The notes: generated by a model not told the origin, from the sequence alone. Counted from the first letter of the stretch, positions 41,176 to 54,663 are shown. The stretch: DNA of 64,000 nt from the human T2T-CHM13v2.0 reference genome, Homo sapiens (GCF_009914755.1 NC_060926.1); one strand, 5' to 3'. Numbers and translations: made by a program.

Positions 41176-41930
41176 CCCACTAAATTAAGCAATGCTAGGA
41201 GAGAGGCAGAGACTCCATCTGCTAAGCACATGAGTATTCTGGTTTTCTTTTTGATTTTATAACAGAATCGAACAAGCATTTACATACACCTACTAACTCA
41301 ATGAGAAAGTATAATAAATACTACTATGAAAGTATTGAAAAAAAAAACTGTGCTTTCAAGATACTCACTATATTTGTAGTTCTAGACTGAGTCTAGTTCT
41401 ATACCTGAGTCTTTCAGCTGGGATAATTACTTCAATTCTTAGCTTCAGTTTGGAAATGGTAATCTGCTTCTTTTTATTTATTGATGTGGTTGGATAGAAT
41501 AGTGTTCCAAACTAGGTAAGTATCTAAAAATGGCAAAGAGGGCATATTCAACAGCTGATGAACTGCAAATTCTCTGAAGATAATAACAACAAAAGATTCA
41601 CAGAAAAACAAACTGATCTCTACATATCTTCCCACAAAGTATTTTGAGTTTTCTCAACTGTCTGGTATGAATACGTTTTTGTAAATACCATGAAAGAAGT
41701 GCATTAAAAATCTTAATTTAAAAAACTTGCTGAAAATCAATGTGAATTATAATGGCTGATTGCTATGATTTTTAAATATATTGAGACTATCTTTATAAAA
41801 TGCTTTATACTTGGCAAAAATTCACTTAATTAAAGTCTGAAATTGAATATGAACTCCAAATGTATATTTATTTTTGTTCATTCTTTATAGAAATAGAAGT
41901 GTAGCTTTGTGAATAATTTTTCATTCGTAG

Positions 41931-42029
41931 TTTGCAAGACATATCAAGAAATCTGAAGGCCAGAAAATTCCTAAAGTGGAGTTGCAAATATCAATTTATG
42001 GAGTAAAAATTCTAGAACCCAAAACAAAG
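41931..42029 (+). CDS. GULP1: GULP1 coding exon, 99 bp, [33 protein letters not shown]
   Basis: Acceptor tttttcattcgtag| at 41930; donor AAG|gtaagg at 42030; 33 codons in frame with the previous exon. Confidence 0.96.
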
Positions 42030-42413
42030 GTAAGGCTTTTTTTTTAATGTTAGAGGCAATCTTTAATTAATTGCAATTATATTCCTACTTTAACAAATAT
42101 TTAAAATTTTTTGCCACCCTGAACTGTTTAGTTCTGAGTTAATGACAGTTCGAAACTCTAGGAGTTTTAGAAGTGAAAACAACTTTTGGAATTGCATTAT
42201 AAGTGATCTTTTCTTCAGCTTGTTTGGGATATAATATTAATAACTTATGTTAAGTGCATTCAACAGTGTTTGGACGTGTATTTGGGAATGTTTTTTTCAT
42301 GAGATGTGAAAGAGATGCATACAGTGTGGTTCACTGAGTATGAAAGAAGATAAAAGCTGTGTGTTATTAAAATATTCTGCATTGACTTTTATTTCCTGTA
42401 GATGTAATCAGTG

Positions 42414-43154
42414 TGTATTAGTTTTTTACGGAGGCTGAAACAAAACACCACAAACTGGGTGGCTTAAACAGCAGAAAATATTTTCTCACAGTTGTGGAGG
42501 CTGGAGTTCCAAGATCAAGATGCCAGCAGGGTTAGTTTCCTCTGTAGCCTTTCTCCTTGGCTTACAGAGGGCTGCCCTCTTGCTGCCTTTTCACACTTGT
42601 CTGGTGTCTCTTCTTATAAGGACACTCATCAAATTGGATTAGGAACCATACTCATGGCCTTATTTTAACTTAGTTACCTTTTTAAAGGCCTTATCTCCTG
42701 TTCGAAGAAAAACTAGACAAATTAAATTTAGCAGAGTTTATTTGAACAGATAATGATTCATGAATCAGGCAGCACTTGAAACCAGATGTTCAGAAAGGTT
42801 TGCCCAGCAGCGTGAACATGGAGCTTTTTATAGGCTGAACACAGACTCAAAGGTGACAACTCACCTGATTGGCTATAGCAAGGCATATACCTTATATGGA
42901 TATGTAGTGATGAGCTGGCTGCCTGTAATTGGCTGAAACTTAGCTATGTGTTATACTTCCAAATTAGTGTTCAGTTTATTTACATACTAGTTAGGTTGCA
43001 GTTTGTTGTATAGGAACTCAAAATACACAGACAACCCTAGGTGAATGGCCTCATGCTTATTTAATTTAGCACTCCAACCACAGTCTCATTCTGAGGTGCT
43101 GGGGATTAGAGCTTCAACATGTGAATTTTGGGGAACACAATTCAGCCCATAATA
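42414..43154 (-). mobile_element. MLT1B-like MaLR LTR interrupted by an ERV1 LTR
   Basis: tgtattagttt...gggaacacaattcagcccataata; perfect TSD CAGTG at 42409-42413 and 43155-43159. Confidence 0.9.
42699..43071 (-). mobile_element. MER57-like (ERV1/MER4 group) solo LTR
   Basis: TG...CA termini; agacaaattaaatttagcagagttta; perfect 4-bp TSD CTCC. Confidence 0.8.
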
Positions 43155-43252
43155 CAGTGTAAACTTAAGTTTCTTGTATTTAGGACCCTTCAAAGCAAAT
43201 AAAATATTTAAAAATAAAATCTGTTCTGGATTCAAATTCATTAACATATACT

Positions 43253-43622
43253 TGTTTTGGACTAAAGTGTTTCCTTCCAAAATTCCTGTGTTCATGCCCT
43301 AACCCCTAATATGACTATATTTGAAGATAAGGCCTTCAAAGAGGTAACTTAGGTTAAATGAGATTTTAAGGGTGGGGCCTCATCCAATATGTCTAGTATT
43401 CTTACAAAAAGAGGAAGAGACACCAGGGATACGTACACTCAGAGTAAGGACCACGTGAAGGCAGCAATCTGCAAGCCAAAGAGAGAGGCCCCAGAGAAAC
43501 CAAACCTACCGACACCTTGATCTTAGACTTCTAACCTGCAGAACTGTGAGAAAATAAATTCCTGTTGGATAAGCCACCCAGTCAGTGGTATTTTGTTATG
43601 GCAGGCTTAGTAAACAAACACA
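43253..43622 (+). mobile_element. MLT1B-like MaLR LTR
   Basis: tgttttggactaaagtg...gaactgtgagaaaataaattcctgttg...aaacaaacaCA; flanks ATACT/GTACT. Confidence 0.9.
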
Positions 43623-43904
43623 GTACTTTATTCACAATGCCTCAGAGTTATCATTTAGTAATTTTGATAAGACCATATTAGTCAATTTGGAAAAATTAAT
43701 ATTTAACTCCAATTATTTTATAAATACGTATCGTCAAAGTGTTCTTCTAACACCATAGGATACATATTGACAAATTAATTCAGTATAAAAGCCAAAAGAG
43801 GAACTTCTGGCCTGTTAACAGATTATGAAAAATGTTTCCCACAGGTCTGCAACTTTTCTCTAGTCCAGCAAGTGTCTTTGATACCTTCATCTATGTAAAT
43901 TCCA

Positions 43905-44245
43905 GTTCCCAGCAACAACTTGCTATTTAAAGTGTGGCCTGCAGACCACCAGCAACTGCATCTATTGGATGCTTGTTAGAAATGTTGAATTTAATGCCCC
44001 ACTACAGACCTACAGAATCTGTATTTGCAATTAAAGAAGAAACCTAGTGTTTCGCATGCACATTAAAGTTTGAGGGGATCTGCTGTTGTGCATGGTTTAG
44101 TGGCTTAATGCAGTAGGCCTCATTTTCAAATTGTAGCTTATGGAATAGCGACATAAAAATTAACTGAGGCATTTGCAAAAGTAATTTCTAAGGCCCCAAA
44201 TTTGCCCCCAGAATCAGAACCTCTAACTGTGGAAATCTGTAGTAA
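43905..44245. mobile_element. Two adjacent MER5-type MITE remnants
   Basis: aaagtgtggcctgcagaccaccagca...gcttgttagaaatg...gcacattaaagtttgag, then ttttcaaattgtag...aatcagaacctct. Confidence 0.6.
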
Positions 44246-45469
44246 AGATCAATGGCATACCTTCAACTTCCCATATTAAAGAGCAATGGCATTCCTTTAA
44301 ACTTTTCAAGACGTGAATTTAAGTCCTCTCAACAATTATCCTGTCTAATCTTCTCTATTATTCACCCTCAATATTCAATTACAAACAAAGATGTGAAGAT
44401 TTACTTTAGTTACGGCGATTCTAAAATAACTACTGCTAAGGTGGCTGAAAACAGAAAAATGAAATGGTGAAAAGATAGTAGAGGGTTGATTCAAGCATAT
44501 AATGGGATATATGTAGTTTGCTGGGAAACAAGGCAATTGAAAGCAAGGTATGAATGAGATAAATTCATTAGGCAATTAGCAGTTACATAAAGAACAATAG
44601 ACCAAGGAAGCAATAAATTACAGAAGGACAATGCAATCAAAAGTGTAGCAACAAAGTGTAGTCTTATGTGTCATGAAAATAAAAATAATCCTATTCCTAC
44701 ATCTTCTTTTCAAAATTAAAAGGATATAGAGTGGTAAATGTCCAGCCGGAATAGGGTATTTGTAGGCCATGCTTATGTTGAAAGTTTTTTTCTACACCAT
44801 ATGAATTAGGTAGCTGTTTTGGAGTGTGTGTACATGTTTGTGTGTGTATGTGTAATTAATATTATTTTCAATTTCTTATCTGAAGGTTTGGGGCTTGTCC
44901 CAGCACACATTAAAATATATAAAGCTGATAATATACTTTATGTATCATTTTCGTATGTTCTTGTTATTTTTTATTTGAAACGACCTATGGTATATTCTAA
45001 ACTCTAATAATTTCACTACGTTCATATACCATAATTTACCAAATTATTCTTCTATTATTGAACATATGGAATGTTTCAAATTTTTTGTTAGTTGATAATC
45101 ACGTTTAAATATTTACAAAATACAAACACAATTAAATGCAGTATGTAGAGAAAACTTTTTTGGGTTTTAGAATTCACGGGTTAATAATGGCATGTCCTTA
45201 GAAATGCATAAAATGCTAATTGCTTAAAGCGCTACAAGATGGCTACCACTAACTACCACTACAAGATGGCTACCACCTACGTTTATAGGGTATGTGTGTG
45301 TGTAAAGAGAGACGAAAATGGATCATGTAATGCAAATGTGGCATGATGTTACCAGTTGGCTAGGTGAAGAGTATATGGGTATGCATTGCAACCTTTTCTA
45401 TTATTTTCTGCATGATTTCATCTGACCTTTTAAATGAGACTATTTGTTCCAATGAAAGATATGTGAACT

Positions 45470-45794
<325 letters not shown>

Positions 45795-46134
45795 TTAAAG
45801 ACTTAATCAACAAGTTAGGCTATCATATCTGTTTGGTTTTTCTTCCTTGGCTTCCTGACCACTTGAAGAAGAAACCTACCTTTATGAAACCCAATTGACC
45901 AATAACTTATGATTTATTAGGTTATTCCTTATACCTGCTCTCCTGATTGTTGGTTATTTACCTGGAATAAGGATAATTTTTTTTCATTAACTTTAAATAT
46001 TTGTAAATACAAAGACAGAAATACCAAACTTTTTTTAAAAAATAGCGTATGATACTGTAGAGTGAGGAAAAACCAAAGTGAATAGGGTCAAAAATTAAGC
46101 TGGGCTTAGAAAAAGTCTGTGGTACAGCAACAGT

Positions 46135-47490
46135 AGAGAATAGAGAACCCAAAATTAAAGCTGCACACCTACAGCCATCTGATTTTTTGACAAAGTCAAC
46201 AAAAATAACAGATGGGGAAATGATTATTCAATAATTGGTGCTGGGATACCTGGCTAGCCATATGGAAGAGATTGAAACTGGACCCTTACCTTTCACCATA
46301 TACAAGAATTTACTCAAGATGGATCAAATATTTAAATGTAAGACCTTAAAGTATAAGAATCCTGGAAGAAAACCTAGGAAACACCATTCCGGACATTGCC
46401 CTTGGGAAAGAATTGATGACTAAGTCCTCAAAAGCAATTGCAACAAAAACAAAAGTTGACAAGTGGGACCTAATTAAATTAAAGAGCCTCTGCACAGCAA
46501 AAGAAACTATGAACAGGGTAAACAGACACCTACAGAATGGGATAAAGTATTTGCAAACTATGCATTTAACAAACATCTAATATCCGGAATCTATAAGGAA
46601 CTTAAACAATTGAACAAGCAAAAAATAATAATAACCCGATTAAAAAGTGGGAAAAAGAAACAGGAACAGGCCCTTCTCAAAAGAAAACAAACAAGTGGCT
46701 ATCAAACATGAAAAAAATGCTCCGCATCACTAATCAAAGAAATTAAAATCAAAACCACAATGAGATACAATCACCACCATGCAGAATAACTGTTATTAAA
46801 AAGTTCAAAAATAACAGATGCTGGTGAGATTGTGAAGAAAAGAGAATGCTTATACACTGTTGGTGGGAATGTAAATTCGTTCAGCTGCTGTGGAGAGCAG
46901 TTGGAGATTTCTCAAATAACTTCAAACAGTTACCATTTTCCAGCAACCCTAATGCTGGTTGTATATACTTGGTATATATCCAAAAGAAAAATAAATCTTT
47001 ATACCAGAAAGACATACACTCTCATTTTCATCGCAGCACTTTTCACAATAGCAAAAACATGGAATCAACCTAGATGCCTCTCAATGGTGGATTGGATAAA
47101 GAAAATGTGGTACACATACATCATTGGAACACTATGCAACCATAGTAAAGAATGAAATTGTGTCCTTTTGCAGCAACATGGATGCATCTGGAGGTCATTA
47201 TCCTAAATGATTTAATGCAGAAACAGAAAACCATATACCATATATTCTTACTTATAAGTGGGTACTTATACTGGGTACTCATGGACATAATGATGCAACA
47301 GTAGTTTCTGGGGGCTACCAGAGGGAGAAGGAAGGAGGGGATAAGGGTTTAAAAACAAACTCTTGCATACTATGCTTAGTACCTCAGTGATGGGACTATT
47401 TTTACCCAAAACCTCAGCATCATGCAGTATACCCTGGTAACAAACCTGAACATGCACCCCCTGAATCTAAAATAAAAGTTTAAAAAAGTC
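46135..47490 (+). mobile_element. 5'-truncated L1 (old L1PA / L1PB type), ORF2 C-terminus plus 3' UTR
   Basis: Degenerate ORF2 peptide (FIAALFTIAKTWNQPRC); ends gtaacaaacctgaacatgcaccccctgaatctaaaataaaagtt. Confidence 0.95.
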
Positions 47491-47819
47491 TGTTTGGTGA
47501 TAAAACAAAACAAAACAAAACAAACAGGGAAAGGTAGTAAGAAAGTAGATGATTCCCACCTACTATTTTTATTGCGGAAAATCATATTTTCAGGTTTCTA
47601 TCAATAAGTTTATCACATGACAACCTATTATATAATTCTGTTTCTTAAGCTTTTAATATCAAATCTGCATGCTTCTCCCAACCTAAACCTCCTTTACAAA
47701 ATATCAGTGAAGTGGGGTTCAACTCAACATGATTAGCCAGTTGACTTCATTATCCTATATTGCCTTACCAAAATCAATAATGCCAGTGCTTTTCTTTCCT
47801 GTCCACAAGTCTCGATTTC

Positions 47820-47985
47820 CTATTATTAAGACTTTAATATTTAATAATAAATTGTTATTAATAATTAATATTCAATTAGTGTTTAATATTAAATTGGTAA
47901 TATTTAATTATTTAATATTAAAGTAATTATTTAATGTTTAAATTAATAGTAAATTACTAGTTAATATTAAAAATTAATTTCTATT
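47820..47985. repeat. Extremely AT-rich low-complexity tract
   Basis: Repeated ttaatatt/aattaat words, very few G or C. Confidence 0.85.
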
Positions 47986-48014
47986 TTTTCTGTTATTTAT
48001 TTCTACTCGTTCTG

Positions 48015-51000
48015 TTTTTAATAATTTCAACTTTCATTTTAGATTCAAGAGTTACATGTGCAGATTTGTTACCTGGGTATATTGCATCATGCTGAGGTTT
48101 GGCATATGAATGATTCCATCACCCAGATAGTGAGCACAGTACCCAATAGTTAGTTTTTCAATCCTTAACACCCCCTTTTCCCATCCACTTTAAAAGTTAC
48201 CCAGTGTCTATTATTGCCATCATTATGTCCACGAGTACCCAATGTTTTTCACTTATAAGTGAGAATATGCAGTATTTGTTTTTCTGTTTCTGCATTAATT
48301 CGTTTAGGATAATGGCCTCCAGCAGTATCCATTTTCTGGAAAGGACATGATTTTGTTCTTTTTGTGGCTGCATGGTATTCTGTGGTACATATGTACCACA
48401 TTTTCTTTATCCAATCTACCGTTAATGGGCACCTCGGTTAATTACATGTCATTGCCATTATGAATAGTGCTGCAATGAACATATGAGTGCATGTGTCTTT
48501 TTGGTAGAAAGATTTGTCTTTTTATGGATATATGTCAAGTATGTATACCCAGTAACAGGGTTGCTGGAAAACAGCAACTGTTTTAAGTTCCTTGGGAAAT
48601 CTCCAAACTTCTCTCCATAGTGGCTGAACTAAATTACATTCCCACCAATAGTGTATAAGCATTCCCTTTTTTTCATATCCTCACCAGCATCTGTTGTTTT
48701 TGACTTTTTAATAAGAGTGATTCTGATTGGTGTGAGATCATATCTCTTTGTGGTTTTTATTTGAATTTCTTTGATGATAAGTGATGTGGAGCATTTTTTT
48801 CATGTTTATTTGCAGCTTGTTTGTCTTCTTTAGAGAAGTGTCTGTTCATGTCTTTTGCCCACTTTTTAATATGGTTATTTGTTTTTTGTTGGTTTAATTG
48901 TTTAAGTTTCTTATAGAACCTGGGTATTAGACGTTTGTTGGATGCATAGTTTGCAAATATTTTCTCCCATTCTGTAAGGTGTCTGTTTACTCTGTTTGAT
49001 AGTTTCTTTTGCTGTGCAGATGCTCTTTAATTAGGTTCCACTTGTCTACTTTTGTTTTTGTTGCAATTGCTTTTGGGAACTTAGACAAAAATTCTTTACC
49101 AAAGCTGATGTCAAGAAGGGCATTTACATTATTTTCTTCTAGGATTTTTATAGTTTGAGGTACTACATTATTTAATCCATCTTGAGTTAATTTCTGTATA
49201 TGGTAAAAGGTAGGGGTCCAGTTTCATTCTTCTGCATCTGGCTAGCTAGGTATCCCAGCAACATTTATTGAATAGGGAGTCCTTTCCCCATTGTTTATTT
49301 TTGTTGACTTTGTCAAAGATCAGATGGCTGTAGACTTGTGGCTTTATTTCTGAATTCTCTATTCTTTGCCATTGGTCTATGTACCTGTTTTTGTACCAGT
49401 ACCATGCTTTTTTGGTTACTATAGCCTTATAGTACAGTCATCGGGTAATGTGATGCCTCCAGATTTATTCTTTTGGTTAAAATTGCTCTGGCTATTCAGG
49501 CCCTTTTTTGGTTTCATATGCAGTTTAGAATTTTAAAAATTCTAATTCCCTGAAAAATGGCATTGGCCATTTGATAGGAGTAACATTGAATCTGTATTGT
49601 TTGGGCAATATGGTCATTTTAACAGTATTAATTCTTCCAATTCATGAGCACGGAATATTTTTCCATTTGTTTCTGTCATCTTTGATTTTTTTCCACAGTG
49701 TTTTGTAGTTCTTCTTGCAGAAATCTTTCACCTCCTTGGTTAGATGTATTACTAGGTATTTTATTTTTTTGTTGACTATTGGAAATAGGATTGCATTATT
49801 GATTTGTCTCTCAGCTTTAATGTTATTGGTATACAGAAATGCTACTGATTTCTGTACATTGATTTTATATCTCGAAACTTTACTGAAGTTGTTTACTATC
49901 AGTTGCAGGAGCCTCTTGGTGGAATCTTTAGGATCTTCTAGGTAGATAATCATATTGTCAGTTAAGAGGGATAGTTTGACTTATTATTTTTTTATTTTGA
50001 AGCCTTCTCTTTTTTTCTACTGTCTGATTCCTCTGGCAAGGACTTTGAGTACTCTGTGGAATAGGAGTGATGAGAGTGGGCATCCTTGTCTTGTTCCAGT
50101 TCTCAAGGGGAATGTTCCAGCTTTTGCCGGTTCAGTATTATGTTGGCTCTGGGTTGGTCATAGATGGCTGTACTATTCTGAAGTATGTTCCTTCAATGCC
50201 TAGTTTGTACAGGGATTTTATCATGAAGGAATGCTGGATTTTTTCGAAGGCTTTTTCGACTTCTGTTGATATGATCATATGGTTTTTGTTCTTAATTCTG
50301 TTTTTATGTTGAATTGTATTTATTGATTCGCATACGTTGAACAAACCTTGCATCCCAGGAATGAAGCCTTCTTGGTTGTTTTGAATTAATTTTTTAATGT
50401 ACTGTGGAATTCAGTTTGCAAGTATTCTGTTGAGAATTTTTGCATCTATGTACATCTGGAATATTGGCCTATAGTTTTCTTTTTTCACTGTATCTTTGCA
50501 ATGTTTTGGTATCTGAATTATGCTTGTTTTGTCGAATGAGTTAGAGAGAGGTTCCTTCTCCTCAGTTTTTTGGGAATGGTTACAGTGGAATTGGTACCAA
50601 CTCTTCTTTGTAGGTATAGTAGAACTTGGCTGTGAATCCATCTGCTCTGGGGCTTTGTTTGGTTGGTAGATTTTTTATTACTGATTCAATTTCAGAACTT
50701 GATATTGTTCTGTTCAGGATTTCAGTTTCTTGCTGATTCAATGTTGGGAGGTTCTGCGTTTCTATAAATTTATCAATTTCCTCTAGATTTTCTAGTTTGT
50801 GAGCTTCAAGGTGTTCGTAATAGTCTCTGAGGATCTTTTGTATTTCCGTGGGATCAGTTGTAATACCACCTTTGTTGTTTCTCATTGTACTTTTTGGCTC
50901 TTCTCTCCTTTAGTCTTTGTTTATGTAGCTAGTGGTCTAGTGATCTTGTTGATCCTTCCAAAGAACTAACTTTTGGGTTTGTTCATTGTTTTTATGGATT

Positions 51001-51158
51001 TTTTTCTCTCAATTTCATTCAATTCCACTCAGATTTTAGTTATATCTTCTGCTAGCTTTGGGGTTAGTTGATATTTGTTCTTCTAGTTCCTCTAGGTGTG
51101 ATATTAGATTGCTAACTAGTGATCTTTCTAAATTTCTGAGGTATGCATTTAGCACTAA
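48015..51158 (-). mobile_element. 5'-truncated L1 (old L1PA / L1PB type) with disrupted ORF2 reverse transcriptase region
   Basis: Minus-strand ORF pieces [26 protein letters not shown] and [11 protein letters not shown] are L1 ORF2p motifs; frameshifted, with an apparent internal deletion near 50170. Confidence 0.96.
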
Positions 51159-51506
51159 TAGCTAATTTTTAAGAGCCCTACTTGAATTCTATTCCCAGAA
51201 GTGAGTTTTTAAAACTCTTAATGAAAAAGAAGCATCTCTATTTTAATCCCTACCAAACCTGGGGAGCAATCTTGGAGTTTAAAAATCCTTGAGATATTTT
51301 ATACATTCAATTATATTGCATATTAATATAGAACAACTATTTACCCTATGTTACATACGAATATAGAGTATATGACTATTTACCCATATATATAAAGTAC
51401 CATTTCTTGAATGCATTAAAAATGTAGGAAATCTAAAAAAGGGATTAAAAAGCTCTGCTGAGCACCAGTGTCCCCAAAACATTCCTAAGAATGCTGATTG
51501 CGGTAT

Positions 51507-51522
51507 GTGTGTGTGAGTGTGT

Positions 51523-51554
<32 letters not shown>

Positions 51555-51569
51555 AGTGAGAGAGAGAGA
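51507..51569. repeat. (TG)n then (AG)n compound microsatellite
   Basis: Direct reading of the sequence. Confidence 0.93.
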
Positions 51570-53273
51570 CAGTTCTCAGTTCTTGGATACAACCTATTCA
51601 TAGACATTTACAGACATGCATTTAGAAACTACTATTCAAGGACATATACATAAGTGACACACAAAAAAATCAATCATTTCATTCTAGATGTATGTTGATA
51701 TTTAGAAAAAAACAAATGTGATACTTCTAAAATAAATTTATTTATAGTTAAACATACATATATGAGACAGGATTTTTAAATATATTATTAATCTAACATG
51801 GACTGTCTTTATACAGAATAGAATCTTTATTTTTTTTTCACTTGGATGAATGAAAATGGAAAGTGAAAATTAAGTGAAAGCAATCTCAATAACAATTGGC
51901 TCCTCTGTCTTTCTGTGTCCTTTCCCTTTCTGCTTTTCTCACGTGTCCTCCAAATGAAGATTATAGAGTGCTAGAAATGAGAGTAAATGAGAGACTATGT
52001 AGATTTCAGCACCAGCTAAGTGAATGTTGTGTTTTGCATGTTACTCATAATTTCTCCCATCTATGGAGAAATGAATTTTTTTCCTATAGTGTTTAGCAGT
52101 AATATTTTCTCTTTATTTATCATTAACATGCTTTTACAATTAATAAGCTGTTATAGACCTCCTGTCAGTATTTGGGAGCTATCGTGTAACAGAGAGCTGT
52201 TATTTAATTGACTATATTGTCATTAAAACAAAAAAAAATCAATAAGAAAGGAAACTGTTCTAATAGGCAAAATACAGAAAGAAGATAGTCTCAAACAAAT
52301 ATGATCATTGTCCATCGATGCTTTCTGTATAAGAAAGGAAAGATGCTGCCATCAAAAGCTAAGTAAGTCAAGCACCTCTTCTTAGACTTGGTTCCCCCTG
52401 CTTTTAAACAGATGAATTAGGCTATCTAATAATGCCAGTAAGCATTACAATCCTACAATATACTTCCTTATTTTAATTTTCATACTTACCAAGCAACTCT
52501 TCGATGGCTTACCGTTTGGTTTACCATTGTATGCAGGGAAAGAATGCTTTGCTATGGACAGTTCTCTTAGCATTTATTTGTATATCTCATTTTATATATT
52601 CATTTTCAGTCTGACGAGCAGTTATTTGAATCAGAGTAATAGAGCAAATCTCAGCAAGCTGACACATCAAACTCTGAACTGAGAAGTTTAAATGTTTTCA
52701 TATCAATGATTCTTATCTTGAACAAAATCTCTGAGATTTTGATTCAACTGAGGTAAAAACAGTGTAAATTTTTATAGCAAGCACCCCAGGTATTTGTGCT
52801 ACACGTTGTCTGAAGCCACCTTTAGAGAAACTCTTCTAGTTATAACCTAAAATAAAGCTTTTTTGGGGGATATTCAGCCAGCCTTCCTTAGATGAAACTG
52901 TAGTTGCTTCCATCTCCAATCTTATAAAACACCCACTCAATAATCTTGGTGAACTGACTTTCTGATTGATATTTCTAGTGTTACAGTGTATCTTAGGAAA
53001 ATATATTTATGACTACAACAGAAAAAGGAATAGTTGATTTTTCTACTTGTCATAATCAAAAACATTGAATTTCTTTTCTACCTCCAACATGTTTCAGAAG
53101 ACTGTGAAGAATGAATAATTAACACGGATGATCTATATGAATATAAAAAGTGTCAAATGCTCCATCTTTTGACTAAATAATAGTAATTATAGAAACACAT
53201 TTATTTTATATAAATATTTTTATTTTAATGATGTATATACCTTCTATTTTATAAGTTTTATAATTTAATATAT

Positions 53274-53297
53274 GTGTGTGTGTGTGTGTGCGTGTGT
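53274..53297. repeat. (TG)n microsatellite
   Basis: Direct reading of the sequence. Confidence 0.9.
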
Positions 53298-54016
53298 AAA
53301 TATATGCTGCAACTATATCGATCTGGTTGCAGTATTTGTCTTCTACTGATGAATAGATTTGACTGCGTGATTTGGAGTCTGGATATGTATACCATTCATT
53401 TATTGCTTCATGAAAAATGCTACAGAAGTTCCAAAGATGAGCTTCCTAGACAGAACAGGTTCAAGAGTGTATGAGTTACCATGAAATTATATAAAATAAA
53501 ATTTAATAAGATTACTAAGGATGAAATGATAGTGTGTTTCACATGAAATCGTATCCAGATAAAGCTGTGTTCTAAACTATAATGCTAGTAAATAGCAGTG
53601 AGATAAAATGAGAATTGCTCTGGTTTAAAAGAGTTCTGGTAATTCTGTAAAACTGTGGGGGTGTCTTATTCTTTCTGGGTCTCATTGTTCTCCTCTGTAA
53701 ACATGCAAAGTTTAAAGTATATGATTTCTCAAGAGCCATTGTAGCTCAGATAGGCCATAAATCTTTGATCATTTTGTGCTATGCTTATGTTTTGCTCAGC
53801 ACTACTGAAATGCATATCTTAGTTTCATCCTGAATCAGGAGGTCTATCTGTATCCATTATGCCTTTGTTTTAGGTTGGGGTGTACATAATTATAAAATCA
53901 AAGATTGACAGATGATTGTTCTACTTTTAAAGTCACATGTTATTAACACAAACGAGTATTTCAGAAAATGAAAAAAGAATCCCATCAACTATGTTTATTT
54001 CCATCTGTGTTCACAG

Positions 54017-54154
54017 GAAGTTCAACACAATTGCCAGCTTCATAGAATATCTTTTTGTGCAGATGATAAAACTGACAAGAGGATATTCACTTTCATATGC
54101 AAAGATTCTGAGTCAAATAAACATTTGTGCTATGTATTTGACAGCGAAAAGTGT
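54017..54154 (+). CDS. GULP1: GULP1 coding exon, 138 bp, [46 protein letters not shown]
   Basis: Acceptor ctgtgttcacag| at 54016; donor TGT|gtaagt at 54155; 46 codons; RISFCA..D..IF.FI PTB signature. Confidence 0.96.
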
Positions 54155-54259
54155 GTAAGTATCCCAGATGTTGTAGGGTGGTTTGTTCTGTTTTATAAGC
54201 CAGGAATTGTCTTGCTTCTGGCATTGGCAAAGTATTTGAAAATGAATAATTTTCTGTAA
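54155..54259 (+). CDS. GULP1: Possible alternative terminal extension of the exon ([34 protein letters not shown])
   Basis: Frame stays open for 34 codons past the donor to TAA at 54257-54259; AATAAA at 54560-54565. Would give a 167-aa product, consistent with a short GULP1 isoform I recall but cannot verify. Confidence 0.55.
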   Translation, partial: VSIPDVVGWFVLFYKPGIVLLLALAKYLKMNNFL

Positions 54260-54663
54260 ATTATTCTGTAAAAAGTCTGTAAATACTTAGCTGTACTAAT
54301 AGATTTATTTTGTCATGAGAATATGCTTCAGGATTTCATCTGTAACTAAATTCTCATGGTCATGAGCATAAACTTACATGTAAATTTCTTTTATTAGAAT
54401 GCCATGCCTGCTTATGTTATGCATGTATTTTATAATAATTTAATCTATTTTACAATTTTAAACTCAAATATGATTTAGTATTATGCACATAATACAAACA
54501 GTAGTGGTGAGCAAACGTGTGTTTCCCCCACATGTGCAGAATATGATGGATTTTATGAAAATAAATATTCTTAACTCCAGGAAATATGATCTATATGGTT
54601 CCTTAAAAGATTTTCCAATACACTGAAAATTTAGTTCCTTATGTTCATTGTATAAAAATCTTA

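Noticed and set aside
49642-50885. Minus-strand ORFs resembling a reverse transcriptase
   Set aside because: These are frameshifted pieces of a truncated L1 ORF2; not functional and not novel.
53937-54158. 73-aa ORF overlapping the third exon
   Set aside because: It is a different frame from the PTB reading frame and starts in the intron; no independent support.
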